Source: an uncultured bacterium | Lineage (GTDB): Bacteria > Macinerneyibacteriota > Macinerneyibacteria > Macinerneyibacteriales > DSCS01 | NCBI GenBank assembly: GCA_964548195.1 | Contig: CAZJQC010000022.1 | Location: 1-21,641 of the forward strand | Direction of reading: 5' to 3' | DNA length: 21,641 nt | Shown here: one piece after another, positions 8,162-17,390 of the stretch | Layout: each line of letters begins with the position of its first letter | Numbering within the stretch: position 1 is the first letter of the stretch | Program-made: the position numbers and the translations under genes | The notes under the pieces: model-generated | Told to the model about the DNA's origin: nothing | The model's database searches: none | What the model saw: only the letters and a program-made list of their open reading frames with translations

Positions 8162-9558
8162 TGAAGCGAATTACCGCATTGACACTTATATTGGCGGTGC
8201 TGATGTCAGCGGCCGGAGCCGTTACATTTCAGGAATTCGTCAGAAAGGCGTTTTTACAAAGTGACGCTAAACGCGACGCTGAATTAGCCGACAGGTATGA
8301 CAAGTGGGATCTTTATGATAAATTTTCGATGATGATACCCAGATTGGATCTGACCATGAACCTGCCGACATATACGAAAATAACCGATGAGATCGAGGGT
8401 TTCGATCTTGAATATGAGAACGAGTATGAATATTATGCGGCGATAGTCGAACTGGAACAGCAGCTGCCCACAAATACGGAGATAAGCGTGTCGATGACCT
8501 ATGCCGATTATTCGAAATACCGTGAATACGGGCAGGAGAATGCAGACGGATACAGGGCTGCCGATATATCAGTCTCACTCAAACAATATCTCTGGGGCAG
8601 CAATAAGGGATATCATGACATGAAGCGATGGCTGAACGCACGGGCGGAGAGAAACATAAATATGAACCGGCACAAGCTCGACATATTGCGGGAGGCGTAC
8701 ATACGCTATATAAGCTATCTGAGAGCAGAACGGGAATATGAGCTCAACAAGGGACAGTCCGAGCGGTACAGGGATATTTTTCAGGCTACGGAAAACAGCT
8801 ACAGGATGGGCCTTGTGGATGTGATCAACTACAACAGGATAAAAAAGCGCTTCATGTTTCTTGACGTGGCATTCAGAGATTCCGAGACAAATCTGCAAAA
8901 AGAGAAAAACCTTATAAGGTCGTTTATAAACGAGGATATCCCCCGGTTTGAAAAGGATGTGAAGATCATCGACAAGTCGGCCTTTGACAGTGCCGCCCCG
9001 AAACAGGAAAACACCCGTCTTAACCTGGAGCTGGACAATGCATATCGCGATTATAAAGCGCTGAAAAGCAGCTATGAACCGAAAGTATACGGTTTTCTCC
9101 AGTCCACCTATGAGGGTGAAGGGGACGGAAGCATAGAAAACATGGACAGAACGAGATTCACCGCGGGCATCGGAGTGAACATCCCGCTGGCGAACCTGTC
9201 CAAAGTGAGCAAGCTTAAAAAGGAAAAGATAAGCTACCTTATGAAGCTTAACTCATATAACGACGACATTGAGACCGTCGCGGAAGATTTCGATAAACTG
9301 TTGTCAGAGATGGACAGCGACTTTATTAAGATAGAACTGTACAAACAGATCATCCCGAGCCTGAAACAGAATTACGGCGCAAGCATATCAAGGTTTACGA
9401 TCGGCGCCATCTCCCTTCAGGAACTGATGGATATAGAGGATGAGTATATCACCGCTGAGATGGAGTATCTCAGCGTTATCATGGATTATAATATTAAGGC
9501 GCTCGACGCTTCTGCCTACGCGGGAAATATAGATATTATCTTGGAGGGATTATTATGA
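8161..9558 (+). CDS. TolC-family outer membrane efflux channel (OMF)
   Basis: Sec signal peptide MKRITALTLILAVLMSAAGA, about 465 aa, and the two-repeat OEP pattern (IPRLDL...SYRMGLVDVIN; YEPKVYG...GIGVNIPL...RFTIGAISLQELM). It sits between the RND and MFP genes, and ATG 8161 overlaps the RND1 stop (TGATG). Confidence 0.82.
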   Translation: MKRITALTLILAVLMSAAGAVTFQEFVRKAFLQSDAKRDAELADRYDKWDLYDKFSMMIPRLDLTMNLPTYTKITDEIEGFDLEYENEYEYYAAIVELEQQLPTNTEISVSMTYADYSKYREYGQENADGYRAADISVSLKQYLWGSNKGYHDMKRWLNARAERNINMNRHKLDILREAYIRYISYLRAEREYELNKGQSERYRDIFQATENSYRMGLVDVINYNRIKKRFMFLDVAFRDSETNLQKEKNLIRSFINEDIPRFEKDVKIIDKSAFDSAAPKQENTRLNLELDNAYRDYKALKSSYEPKVYGFLQSTYEGEGDGSIENMDRTRFTAGIGVNIPLANLSKVSKLKKEKISYLMKLNSYNDDIETVAEDFDKLLSEMDSDFIKIELYKQIIPSLKQNYGASISRFTIGAISLQELMDIEDEYITAEMEYLSVIMDYNIKALDASAYAGNIDIILEGLL

Positions 9559-10709
9559 AAAAAGGATTAACCATAACGTTGATCGTGGTCATACTTGCCG
9601 CCGCTCTGGCCGGCTCATATTTTTTGTTTTTCAAAAAAGCCGAGGAGACTAATGAAGACAAAAGCAAGCCGTTGGCTGCCCCTGTGCCGGTAAAGGTCAC
9701 ACACGCTACGCGCGGAGACCTCCCGCTTTATATATCGTCATCCGGCAAACTTGAGGCCATACAGGTCAATGATTATATTTCCGAAGTCTCGGGGAATATA
9801 TCTGTGAAAGTCAGGGAAGGGCAGTATGTGGAAAAGGGGAGACTGCTTTTTACCATAGATAATCCCAATTATCAGATCGCGTATGAGAACGCGTTGCTTG
9901 AATATAAAAAGTCATATATACAGTATCTGGCCATAAATGAGAATGTGGAAGGGCTGGAGGGGTTTCTGCCCAAACAGCAGGAATTGTTTTCGGAAGACAA
10001 TGAAGTGGCCGCAATACAAAAGGAGGTGCTCGAGGGGCTGCAGAAGGGCACTATCAGCCGCGAGCGCATCAAATACAGGCTGGGAGAACAGGAGCTGGCA
10101 CTCAAAAAAGCCCTTGAGGATTACAAAAAATGTGCTGTCAGAGCCCCCTTTTCAGGCGTGATAGGCAAGATCTCCGTTACACAGGGCGAGCACGTACAGT
10201 CAGGCAAAGCTGTCCTGACCATAGCCGATATAACACGCCTGCGTATCAAGGCGAACATATTGGTCAAGGATATCACAAGCATAAAAGAGAAGGCAAAAGC
10301 CTTGATCTTTCCCGTTATCAACGATGAGAAATACAGCGGGCGGGTTTATTCGGTAAATCCCCTGATATATGACGACAATTCGACCTATGCGGTGGTGGAG
10401 CTCGATAATAAGGACGGCGAGCTGAATCCCGGCGTTTTTTGCGATGTGTTGCTTCAGACCGGAGTGATAAAAGACAAGGTCATAGTGCCCAAAGAGGCCG
10501 TGCTTGAGAGGGACGGAAAAAAACTTGTGTTTGAGATAAAAAACGATCTCGCATACTGGGTCTATGTCACCACCGGGGAAGAAAATTATGAAAATATTAT
10601 TATCGAGGAAAAGGTGGATGAAGGGGACATGCTTATTATAGAAGGCCATTATGTCCTGAACCATAAGGCCCCGGTAGTGATCTCAGATGAACTTGAAACG
10701 GAGGAATGA
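9555..10709 (+). CDS. RND periplasmic adaptor subunit (membrane fusion protein)
   Basis: N-terminal TM anchor; lipoyl half-motifs SEVSGNI..VREGQYVEKG and VRAPFSGVI...GEHVQSG; LNPGVF and VPKEAV. ATGA overlap with the OMF stop. Confidence 0.93.
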   Translation: MKKGLTITLIVVILAAALAGSYFLFFKKAEETNEDKSKPLAAPVPVKVTHATRGDLPLYISSSGKLEAIQVNDYISEVSGNISVKVREGQYVEKGRLLFTIDNPNYQIAYENALLEYKKSYIQYLAINENVEGLEGFLPKQQELFSEDNEVAAIQKEVLEGLQKGTISRERIKYRLGEQELALKKALEDYKKCAVRAPFSGVIGKISVTQGEHVQSGKAVLTIADITRLRIKANILVKDITSIKEKAKALIFPVINDEKYSGRVYSVNPLIYDDNSTYAVVELDNKDGELNPGVFCDVLLQTGVIKDKVIVPKEAVLERDGKKLVFEIKNDLAYWVYVTTGEENYENIIIEEKVDEGDMLIIEGHYVLNHKAPVVISDELETEE

Positions 10710-13700
10710 TGAGTCTGCCGAAATTTTCAGTAAAACGCCCGGTCACGACCACCATGATATCCCTTGCGGTGATCCTGCTCGGGTTCATATCCCTGAAGAT
10801 GCTGAAAATAGAACTTCTTCCCTCTATCGACATACCGAAGATAGTGGTCGAGACAAAAGCCGAGTCTCTTCCTCCGGAGGAAGTGGATACCAATATCACG
10901 CAGAAAATTGAGCGGCAGCTGGGAACGCTGCCCAATGTGAAAAAAATATCCTCGATCTCCACCGATGGAAAATCATTGATCACTGTCGAGTTTTACTGGG
11001 GCGTAAACATGGAATACACCATGCTGAAAGCCAGGGAAAAACTTGATAATATCACCGATGACCTTGGCGATGCGGAAAAGCCGAACATCCTTTATTTTGA
11101 CCCCGCCCAGTCTCCTGTCATGCAGATCATGGTCGAAGGGGATTATGATTTCCTCACATTGAGCAATTATGCTTCGGACAGCCTTAAAAGACGATTTGAA
11201 AGGCTGGAGGGAGTGGCGCAATGCGACGTCATAGGGGCCGATGAGGAGGAGATCCGTGTAATAGTGACGAATCGCGAGATGGTCTCATATGGGATTTCCT
11301 TCTCTGAAATAGAGACTGCGTTGAGGCAGAATAATTTTGTGAATTCGGCCGGTGAGATAGGAGATGAAAATTTTTCCTATTCGCTTTCCATGGAGAAGAA
11401 TCAATACTCTGTCAAAGAGATCGGGAATCTGAGAATCAAGGGAAACGTCAAGTTGCGCGACATAGCCCGCATAGAACGCGGGACCGCCGAACTTGACGAA
11501 TATTCCCGTTTCAACGGCGAGAGGGGCATAGGGCTGCTTATAATAAAGTCCTCTTCGGCCAATACGGTCAATGTCGCCAAAGAGGTCAAGCAGCTTATAA
11601 GGGAATTACAGGCGGAAGACGCAAAACTCAACCTTAAGATATTATACGATGATTCCGAGACTATAAACAATGCCATACGAAATGTCGTATTTTCGATACT
11701 ATTGGGCGGAATACTCGCGTTTTTTGTCCTTTTTGTCTTTCTGCATGACTTTAAATCGCCTTTTATAATAGGGCTGTCAATGCCCCTGTCCATAATAGCG
11801 GCGTTTGTGGCGATATATCTTGCGAAGATATCCATCAATATACTCTCACTGGGGGGGCTTGCCATAGGCATAGGCCTCTTGGTCGACAACTCCATAGTCG
11901 TACTGGAGAACATGGACCGTTATCTGGGCGGCGGCATGGACAACAAGGAGGCATCCGTAAAGGGAGCCTCGGAAGTCGCAATGGCCATTGTCGCAGGCAC
12001 GATGACGACGATAGCAGTATTTCTGCCTGTGCTTTATCTGAAAGGTGTCATAGCGGTGCTCTTCAAACAGCAGGCATTTGTTATCTCCGTATCCCTGATA
12101 GCTTCTTTGATAGCGGCGCTGTCACTTGTACCCATGGTCTTTTCACGCAAGTCCCGCCTTATTGACAGGCTTAACGCCACTGTGGTCAAAAAAGGCAAAA
12201 AAATATTCGACGGATTTGACGGATTGCTTCACAGGGGAATGGAATATTATGAAAAAGCCCTCGATTGGGCCCTCAACAACAAGGCGCGGGCTGTCACATA
12301 TACACTCTGCGCGTTTATCTTTTCCCTTGGGCTCTCCTTTCTTCTGAAGAGAGAGTTTGTGCCGGACGTGAAGGAAAATAAATTTTTCATGGAATACAAA
12401 CTTGCAACGGGCGCTACGATCTCGGCCAATGAAAAATACGTGAAGTTTGTCGAAAGCATACTGCGCGACAAGGAAGAGATGATAGACTATTATGTGGTCA
12501 ATATCGGCAAGACATACGGGAACAGTATTTCAGGCCTGAACACGGGGTATTTCATGGTCGCGGTCAATAAACAGAAGCAGGTCGACGATCTTAAGCAATA
12601 TCTTCTCGACAGGCTTGGCGCTCTTGAAGGCAGTGTCACTTTTTATTCCGCGGGCAGCATATATAACCAGTTCTTTGATTTCGGCGAATACGACATAGAC
12701 GTGGTGCTTGAGGGCGAGGATATCGACAGGCTGAACAACGTCGCGGATGAGCTTAAGCCCGCCATCGAATCCGTTGACGGGTTTCGCCTTGTGATCAAAG
12801 ACCTGGAGCTCGAACGGGAGATCATTGAACTCAGGTTCAAGGATTTTTTTATAGATACGATCGATACCCCGCTGTGGACTGTCATAAACAGGCTGAAGGA
12901 GCTCACAATAGGCTCCAAGGCCACGACAGTGTATGATGAAAGCAAGGAAGTGGATATATGGGTCAAAAACAATGAAGATGTGCCCGATTATGATGAGTTC
13001 CTTGAAAAGATCGTGATCGTCGACGGGAGCCCCTATAAGATACGGGATATCGTGGACCTTAAAGTCATAAAGGTGCCCAATGAGCTCAAACGTGAGGATC
13101 AGCGCCGCAAGGTCTCACTCCTTTGCAATATTAAAGGGCTTTCGCTTGAAGACGCCATCGAGAAAGTCAGACAAAAATTTTACGGACTTAAGGACACCGA
13201 GGATATCAAGATAAAGTTCGGGGGAAAGATCGAAAACATGAAGGACTCTTTTTCGGGCCTTGGCTTTGCCTTTATCCTTTCGCTGATACTGGTCTATATG
13301 ATACTTGGCGTGCAGTTTGAATCCTTTTTCCAGCCGTTTGTCATCATACTTGCCGTACCGCTTGCCATGATCGGCGTTCTTGTCATGCTCTTCATCACCG
13401 GCACTTCTCTGAACATCATGAGCCTCATGGGAATAGTCGTGCTTGTCGGTATTGTCGTCAATGACAGTATTGTGAAGATAGATATCATCAACAGGCTGAG
13501 AAATGAGGGATACCCTCTGCTTGACGCTGTCAAAAAAGGCGGGAAGCTTCGATTCCGTCCGATACTGATGACATCCCTGACCACGATACTCGGCCTTCTC
13601 CCGCTTGCTATAGGCCTGGGCGAAGGCAGTGAATTGACAAAGCCGCTTGCCGTGACTATAATCGGCGGGCTCATCACATCCACCATACTTACGCTTATAA

Positions 13701-13747
13701 TAATACCGGTGATATATGTGGCTTTGATACAAAAACTTGAAAAATGA
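10709..13747 (+). CDS. RND-family efflux permease, subunit 2
   Basis: MSLPKFSVKRPVTT, GLLVDNSIVVLEN (TM4), FESFFQPFVII, GIVVNDSIVKID (TM10), RFRPILMTSLTT (TM11), PLAVTIIGGL. ATGATG overlaps the MFP stop; the SD GGAGG at 10700-10704 favours 10709 over 10706. Confidence 0.95.
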   Translation: MSLPKFSVKRPVTTTMISLAVILLGFISLKMLKIELLPSIDIPKIVVETKAESLPPEEVDTNITQKIERQLGTLPNVKKISSISTDGKSLITVEFYWGVNMEYTMLKAREKLDNITDDLGDAEKPNILYFDPAQSPVMQIMVEGDYDFLTLSNYASDSLKRRFERLEGVAQCDVIGADEEEIRVIVTNREMVSYGISFSEIETALRQNNFVNSAGEIGDENFSYSLSMEKNQYSVKEIGNLRIKGNVKLRDIARIERGTAELDEYSRFNGERGIGLLIIKSSSANTVNVAKEVKQLIRELQAEDAKLNLKILYDDSETINNAIRNVVFSILLGGILAFFVLFVFLHDFKSPFIIGLSMPLSIIAAFVAIYLAKISINILSLGGLAIGIGLLVDNSIVVLENMDRYLGGGMDNKEASVKGASEVAMAIVAGTMTTIAVFLPVLYLKGVIAVLFKQQAFVISVSLIASLIAALSLVPMVFSRKSRLIDRLNATVVKKGKKIFDGFDGLLHRGMEYYEKALDWALNNKARAVTYTLCAFIFSLGLSFLLKREFVPDVKENKFFMEYKLATGATISANEKYVKFVESILRDKEEMIDYYVVNIGKTYGNSISGLNTGYFMVAVNKQKQVDDLKQYLLDRLGALEGSVTFYSAGSIYNQFFDFGEYDIDVVLEGEDIDRLNNVADELKPAIESVDGFRLVIKDLELEREIIELRFKDFFIDTIDTPLWTVINRLKELTIGSKATTVYDESKEVDIWVKNNEDVPDYDEFLEKIVIVDGSPYKIRDIVDLKVIKVPNELKREDQRRKVSLLCNIKGLSLEDAIEKVRQKFYGLKDTEDIKIKFGGKIENMKDSFSGLGFAFILSLILVYMILGVQFESFFQPFVIILAVPLAMIGVLVMLFITGTSLNIMSLMGIVVLVGIVVNDSIVKIDIINRLRNEGYPLLDAVKKGGKLRFRPILMTSLTTILGLLPLAIGLGEGSELTKPLAVTIIGGLITSTILTLIIIPVIYVALIQKLEK

Positions 13748-13754
13748 TAGTCAT

Positions 13755-13787
13755 TTAACGCCCCGGGGATCCATCCCGGGGCGTTAA
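13755..13787. terminator. Strong hairpin closing the RND operon (terminator or 3' stabiliser)
   Basis: Perfect 13-bp inverted repeat TTAACGCCCCGGG / CCCGGGGCGTTAA with a 7-nt loop, 7 nt after the stop. No clear U tract. Confidence 0.65.
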
Positions 13788-13813
13788 GAAGCCTTCCATA
13801 CATCCGGTCTCCG

Positions 13814-13845
13814 CCCCGTTACGGGGGAATTTATTATTATTCTTT
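13814..13845 (+). terminator. Second small hairpin with a U-rich tail
   Basis: CCCCG-TTA-CGGGG (13814-13826) followed by GAATTTATTATTATTCTTT. Confidence 0.35.
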
Positions 13846-13871
13846 GTCAGCGCGGAAAAAGATGATAGAAT
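13844..13871 (+). promoter_or_regulatory. Putative sigma70 promoter for the histidine kinase
   Basis: TTGTCA (13844-13849), 16 nt, TAGAAT (13866-13871) with an extended -10 TGa. Confidence 0.55.
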
Positions 13872-13901
13872 AGAGTATGTTCCAACATCCGGGCGGAGTT
13901 T

Positions 13902-16900
13902 ATGAAAGAAAGACATAAGGCATATTTTTTTACGAGCGGTGTTGCGCTGTTCATAATGCTGATAGCCTTATCCTTGATAAGATACCTGAGAGGAGACAGC
14001 TTTTTTGCTATTTCCCGGGTCGGATATTTTTATTTTCTGGCTGTCAATGTCGCGGCGCTGATGCTGCTTTCCGCCAATGTGGTCATCTACTTGCTGTCTC
14101 ATAAAGATGAGACCCGCTATTCGATCGGCAACAGAAACATAGAAAAATTGACGTCAAGCATGATCATGCTGGGTGTCGGTCTCTCTATAGTGATCTTTTC
14201 CTCCGCCTATGAAAGCCATCGCGATTTCTTAAGACAGACCTTCAGAAATGAAGCCAGGGAAAGGGTGATGTCCCTAAATACAGTTTTCAGATCGGTTTTT
14301 TCGGATGTCAAAGCCACGGCATTATATGTCTCCAACAGCGAGTACGTCAAGGCTGACGAGTTCAGGCGTTATGCGGAAGGTTTTCTGAAAGAAAAGCGGG
14401 AACTGCATGCGTTGATACTGGTAATAGACGAAGGTGACGGCGTCTACCGGGTAAAATACATGGAACCTCTGCAAGGACATGAGGATCTGATCGGGAAGGA
14501 TGTGGGAGGTTTTGGGGGACGTCGGGAGGCATACATGCTTGCCGCGGGCTCCGGTGCCAGAGCTCTGGTCCTGGCACCCCCGTATGCGTCTCATTTAGGC
14601 CCTCAGGACGCTGTCTCGGCCATCGCCCCTGTAACATACAACGGACGCAGAAAAGGCTATATAGAGGGTATTACGGCCCTTTCCGTCATCATTGAGAAAG
14701 CCATGGCGGGAACACCGTACGGGATGTTTTCAATGGAAGTAAGAGATACCGGGTATTACGGGATCATAAACCGCTTCGGGACTCCCGAAAAAAAAGTAGG
14801 GACACAGGGGCTGGTGTATAATGAGCGTTTCGAGAGCAGTATGCTTGCCTGGGACATTACGGTCAGGCCGGGGAGCCTTTTTTTCAAGAAGTATCCGCCC
14901 AGGACAGCGTGGTTTAAATTTGTAATAAGTCTGCTGATCACAGCCTTCAGCGTGGCGGTGATACGCTTTTTCACCCTGTCGGAGATCAATGCCGCCGCCG
15001 GCAGGGAGAGGATAAACGGAATAATACTTGATTCCATAGAGGACGGAGTCATAGCCGCTGACACAGGCGGATCCGTTGCCATGATGAACAGGACCGCGGA
15101 AAAACTCACCGGCTGGACGATGCAACAGGCAAAAGGGCGGAATATCGCAGACGTATACCATGTGATCCCGGACCACGAACCTGACAGAGAGGGCGTCTAT
15201 GACGCGAGTCGGATCAATATCATCGAAAGTGCCGGCTCCGGGGCCGCATCGCATAATATACTCTTTTCCAGAAAAGGGGGTATGTTTCACGTCGAAAGCA
15301 GGGTGACTCCCGTGAGCGGCGGTGACGGTAAGATGTACGGCAATGTGCTTTCCTTCAGGAATATCTCCCGTGAATACCAGTTGAACCGTTCCCTGGCCGA
15401 GAGTGAGGAATTGTTCCGGACGCTTGCGGTATCCTCGCCGGTCGCTGTGATGATGTATCAGAAAAACAAATGGGTATATGCCAACCCGGCAGCCACCGAA
15501 GTAACGGGATATGAGGAGTCGGAACTGGACAATATGGATTTCTGGAGCATCGTCCATCCGGATTTTGAAGCCCTTGTAAAAGAGCGTGGTCAAAGGCGGC
15601 AGGAAGGGCGGGAAGTCAGCAATATATATGAGTTCAAAATCGTGAGGAAAAACGGATTGGAGAAATGGGTCCGTCTTGTCGGCACTACGGCCGTATTCCG
15701 CGGCGCGCCGGCAGGACTGATATCGGTCATCGACATTGACGGGAGCAAACGGGCGGCGGCCGAGCTTATCAGGGAAAAGGAACTTGCGCAGCGGTATCTG
15801 AATGTGGTGGAGGTGATGATAATGGATCTGACCGCCGGGCTTGAAATAAAAATGATCAACCCCAAAGGGTGCGAGATACTCGAGGCGGATGAGAAGGATA
15901 TTCTGGGCAAAAACCTTATAGAGTCTTTTGTCCCGGAAGAGATCCGGGATGATGAACGCAAGTTTATGAGGGATTATCTGCGCGATGACGGCCACGCGCC
16001 CGCATACCGGAAAAGCTTACTTTTGACTGCCCGCGGAAACATCAGGGATATTGAATGGCATATGACTGTGGTGCGTGATAAAACCGATAAATGGCTGCTT
16101 TGTTCGGGCTCCGACATCACCGAGCGCAGAAAACTTGAGGCGCAGCTGATACAATCCGAGAAATTCGACTCCATAGGATTGCTTGCCGGGGGAATAGCCC
16201 ATGACTTTAACAATATGCTCACCGGCATACTGGGAGGGGCCGAGATCTTAAAACTAAAAATACAAGAACCCTCCGCTGTCAAAAACATCGAGATGATCGG
16301 GTCCGCTGCACAAAGGGCGGCGGAACTTACGAGGAAGCTGCTTGATTTTTCCCGCAAAGGCAAATTTGAATCGGTCCCCGTGGATATACACGAGGTCATC
16401 AATGATTCCATCGCGTTGCTTGAACGAAGCATGGACAAGAAGGTCGTCATGAAGACGGTTCTTGCCGCTTCCGCGCACACGGTATCGGGCGATCACACAC
16501 AGCTGGAAAACGCGATCATCAACCTGGGCGTCAATGGCTGTGACGCCATGCCGGACGGAGGGACGCTCACGGTCTCGACAAAAAACATCACGGTCAGACA
16601 TGGTGATGAGACGCTTGCGGAGGCTCATGAGCCGGGGGAAGGCGAATACATATGCATAACTGTTTCCGACACCGGCACGGGAATGGATGAGGAGACACGA
16701 AAAAAGATATTCGAACCCTTTTTTACCACGAAACCACCCGGAAAAGGCACGGGCTTCGGCCTTCCATCCGTATACGGGGCGGTAAAAAGCCATCACGGCA
16801 CAATCGAGTGCGAAAGCCTTCCGGGCGCCGGGACCTTGTTCCATATGATGCTCCCCGTGATAAAGGACCACAGTAAAACCAAAAAGCATAAACGGATCGG

Positions 16901-17291
16901 GGACCACAAAAACCGTTTAAGTGTAATGGTCATTGATGACGAGTTTGTGACAAGGGAGACTGCCGCGGAGATCTTCAGAGAACTCGGATGCACTGTTATC
17001 ACGGCTGAGGACGGTGAGGAGGGGATCTCGATATACAGGGAAAAAAAGGATGCCATAGACCTTATACTTCTTGACATGATCATGCCGAAGATGAACGGCG
17101 CGGAAGTATTCACCAAACTCAAGGAGATCGACAATGACGTTAAAGTCGCTCTGGGCTCCGGGTACCTTCTGGGATATGACATAGACGATCTTGCATATGA
17201 GGGTTTTTTGTCATTTGTGAGCAAGCCATACGATTTTAAAAAGATTTCCAATCTTGTTGAAACGCTGCAAAACACTGTTTCGGAGGAATAG
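13902..17291 (+). CDS. Membrane-bound hybrid sensor histidine kinase (CHASE-like extracytoplasmic domain, 3 PAS domains, HisKA, HATPase, receiver; CckA-like core)
   Basis: H-box [14 protein letters not shown]-box [18 protein letters not shown]1 VSDTGTGM, F-box FEPFFTTK, G2 GKGTGFGL. Receiver IDDE...[13 protein letters not shown]...SKPY. PAS signatures [22 protein letters not shown] and [14 protein letters not shown]-like EFRRYA...VKYMEPL....LIGKD between TM helices. Confidence 0.92.
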   Translation: MKERHKAYFFTSGVALFIMLIALSLIRYLRGDSFFAISRVGYFYFLAVNVAALMLLSANVVIYLLSHKDETRYSIGNRNIEKLTSSMIMLGVGLSIVIFSSAYESHRDFLRQTFRNEARERVMSLNTVFRSVFSDVKATALYVSNSEYVKADEFRRYAEGFLKEKRELHALILVIDEGDGVYRVKYMEPLQGHEDLIGKDVGGFGGRREAYMLAAGSGARALVLAPPYASHLGPQDAVSAIAPVTYNGRRKGYIEGITALSVIIEKAMAGTPYGMFSMEVRDTGYYGIINRFGTPEKKVGTQGLVYNERFESSMLAWDITVRPGSLFFKKYPPRTAWFKFVISLLITAFSVAVIRFFTLSEINAAAGRERINGIILDSIEDGVIAADTGGSVAMMNRTAEKLTGWTMQQAKGRNIADVYHVIPDHEPDREGVYDASRINIIESAGSGAASHNILFSRKGGMFHVESRVTPVSGGDGKMYGNVLSFRNISREYQLNRSLAESEELFRTLAVSSPVAVMMYQKNKWVYANPAATEVTGYEESELDNMDFWSIVHPDFEALVKERGQRRQEGREVSNIYEFKIVRKNGLEKWVRLVGTTAVFRGAPAGLISVIDIDGSKRAAAELIREKELAQRYLNVVEVMIMDLTAGLEIKMINPKGCEILEADEKDILGKNLIESFVPEEIRDDERKFMRDYLRDDGHAPAYRKSLLLTARGNIRDIEWHMTVVRDKTDKWLLCSGSDITERRKLEAQLIQSEKFDSIGLLAGGIAHDFNNMLTGILGGAEILKLKIQEPSAVKNIEMIGSAAQRAAELTRKLLDFSRKGKFESVPVDIHEVINDSIALLERSMDKKVVMKTVLAASAHTVSGDHTQLENAIINLGVNGCDAMPDGGTLTVSTKNITVRHGDETLAEAHEPGEGEYICITVSDTGTGMDEETRKKIFEPFFTTKPPGKGTGFGLPSVYGAVKSHHGTIECESLPGAGTLFHMMLPVIKDHSKTKKHKRIGDHKNRLSVMVIDDEFVTRETAAEIFRELGCTVITAEDGEEGISIYREKKDAIDLILLDMIMPKMNGAEVFTKLKEIDNDVKVALGSGYLLGYDIDDLAYEGFLSFVSKPYDFKKISNLVETLQNTVSEE

Positions 17292-17320
17292 TCCCCGGAT
17301 TTCACCTTACCCGCCATGTA

Positions 17321-17354
17321 TTGACTTGACAGCGCCCGGTCTTTACATTATGTT
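17321..17354 (+). promoter_or_regulatory. Two overlapping putative sigma70 promoters for the ALDH gene
   Basis: TTGACT(17321)-17-TACATT(17344) and TTGACA(17326)-17-TATGTT(17349). SD GGAGGT before ATG 17391. Confidence 0.55.
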
Positions 17355-17390
17355 CGATATGCTTTAGAAAACATATCGGAGGTTGAGAAG

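Noticed and set aside
4934..13747. Calling the RNDs CusA/CzcA heavy-metal pumps or AcrB/MdtBC orthologues
   Set aside because: I could not recognise the CusA Met-triad context, and the AcrB TM4 DD and TM10 K pattern is absent, so no gene symbol is assigned.
4853..13894. GCCCGGATG (4853-4861) and CATCCGGGC (13886-13894) as inverted repeats flanking the RND operon
   Set aside because: Only 9 bp, ATCCGG/CCGGAT is common throughout the window, and there is no transposase, integrase or target-site duplication.
14730..15995. 421-aa minus-strand ORF
   Set aside because: It lies wholly antisense to the histidine kinase and has no recognisable motif; it is most simply a shadow ORF of the coding strand.
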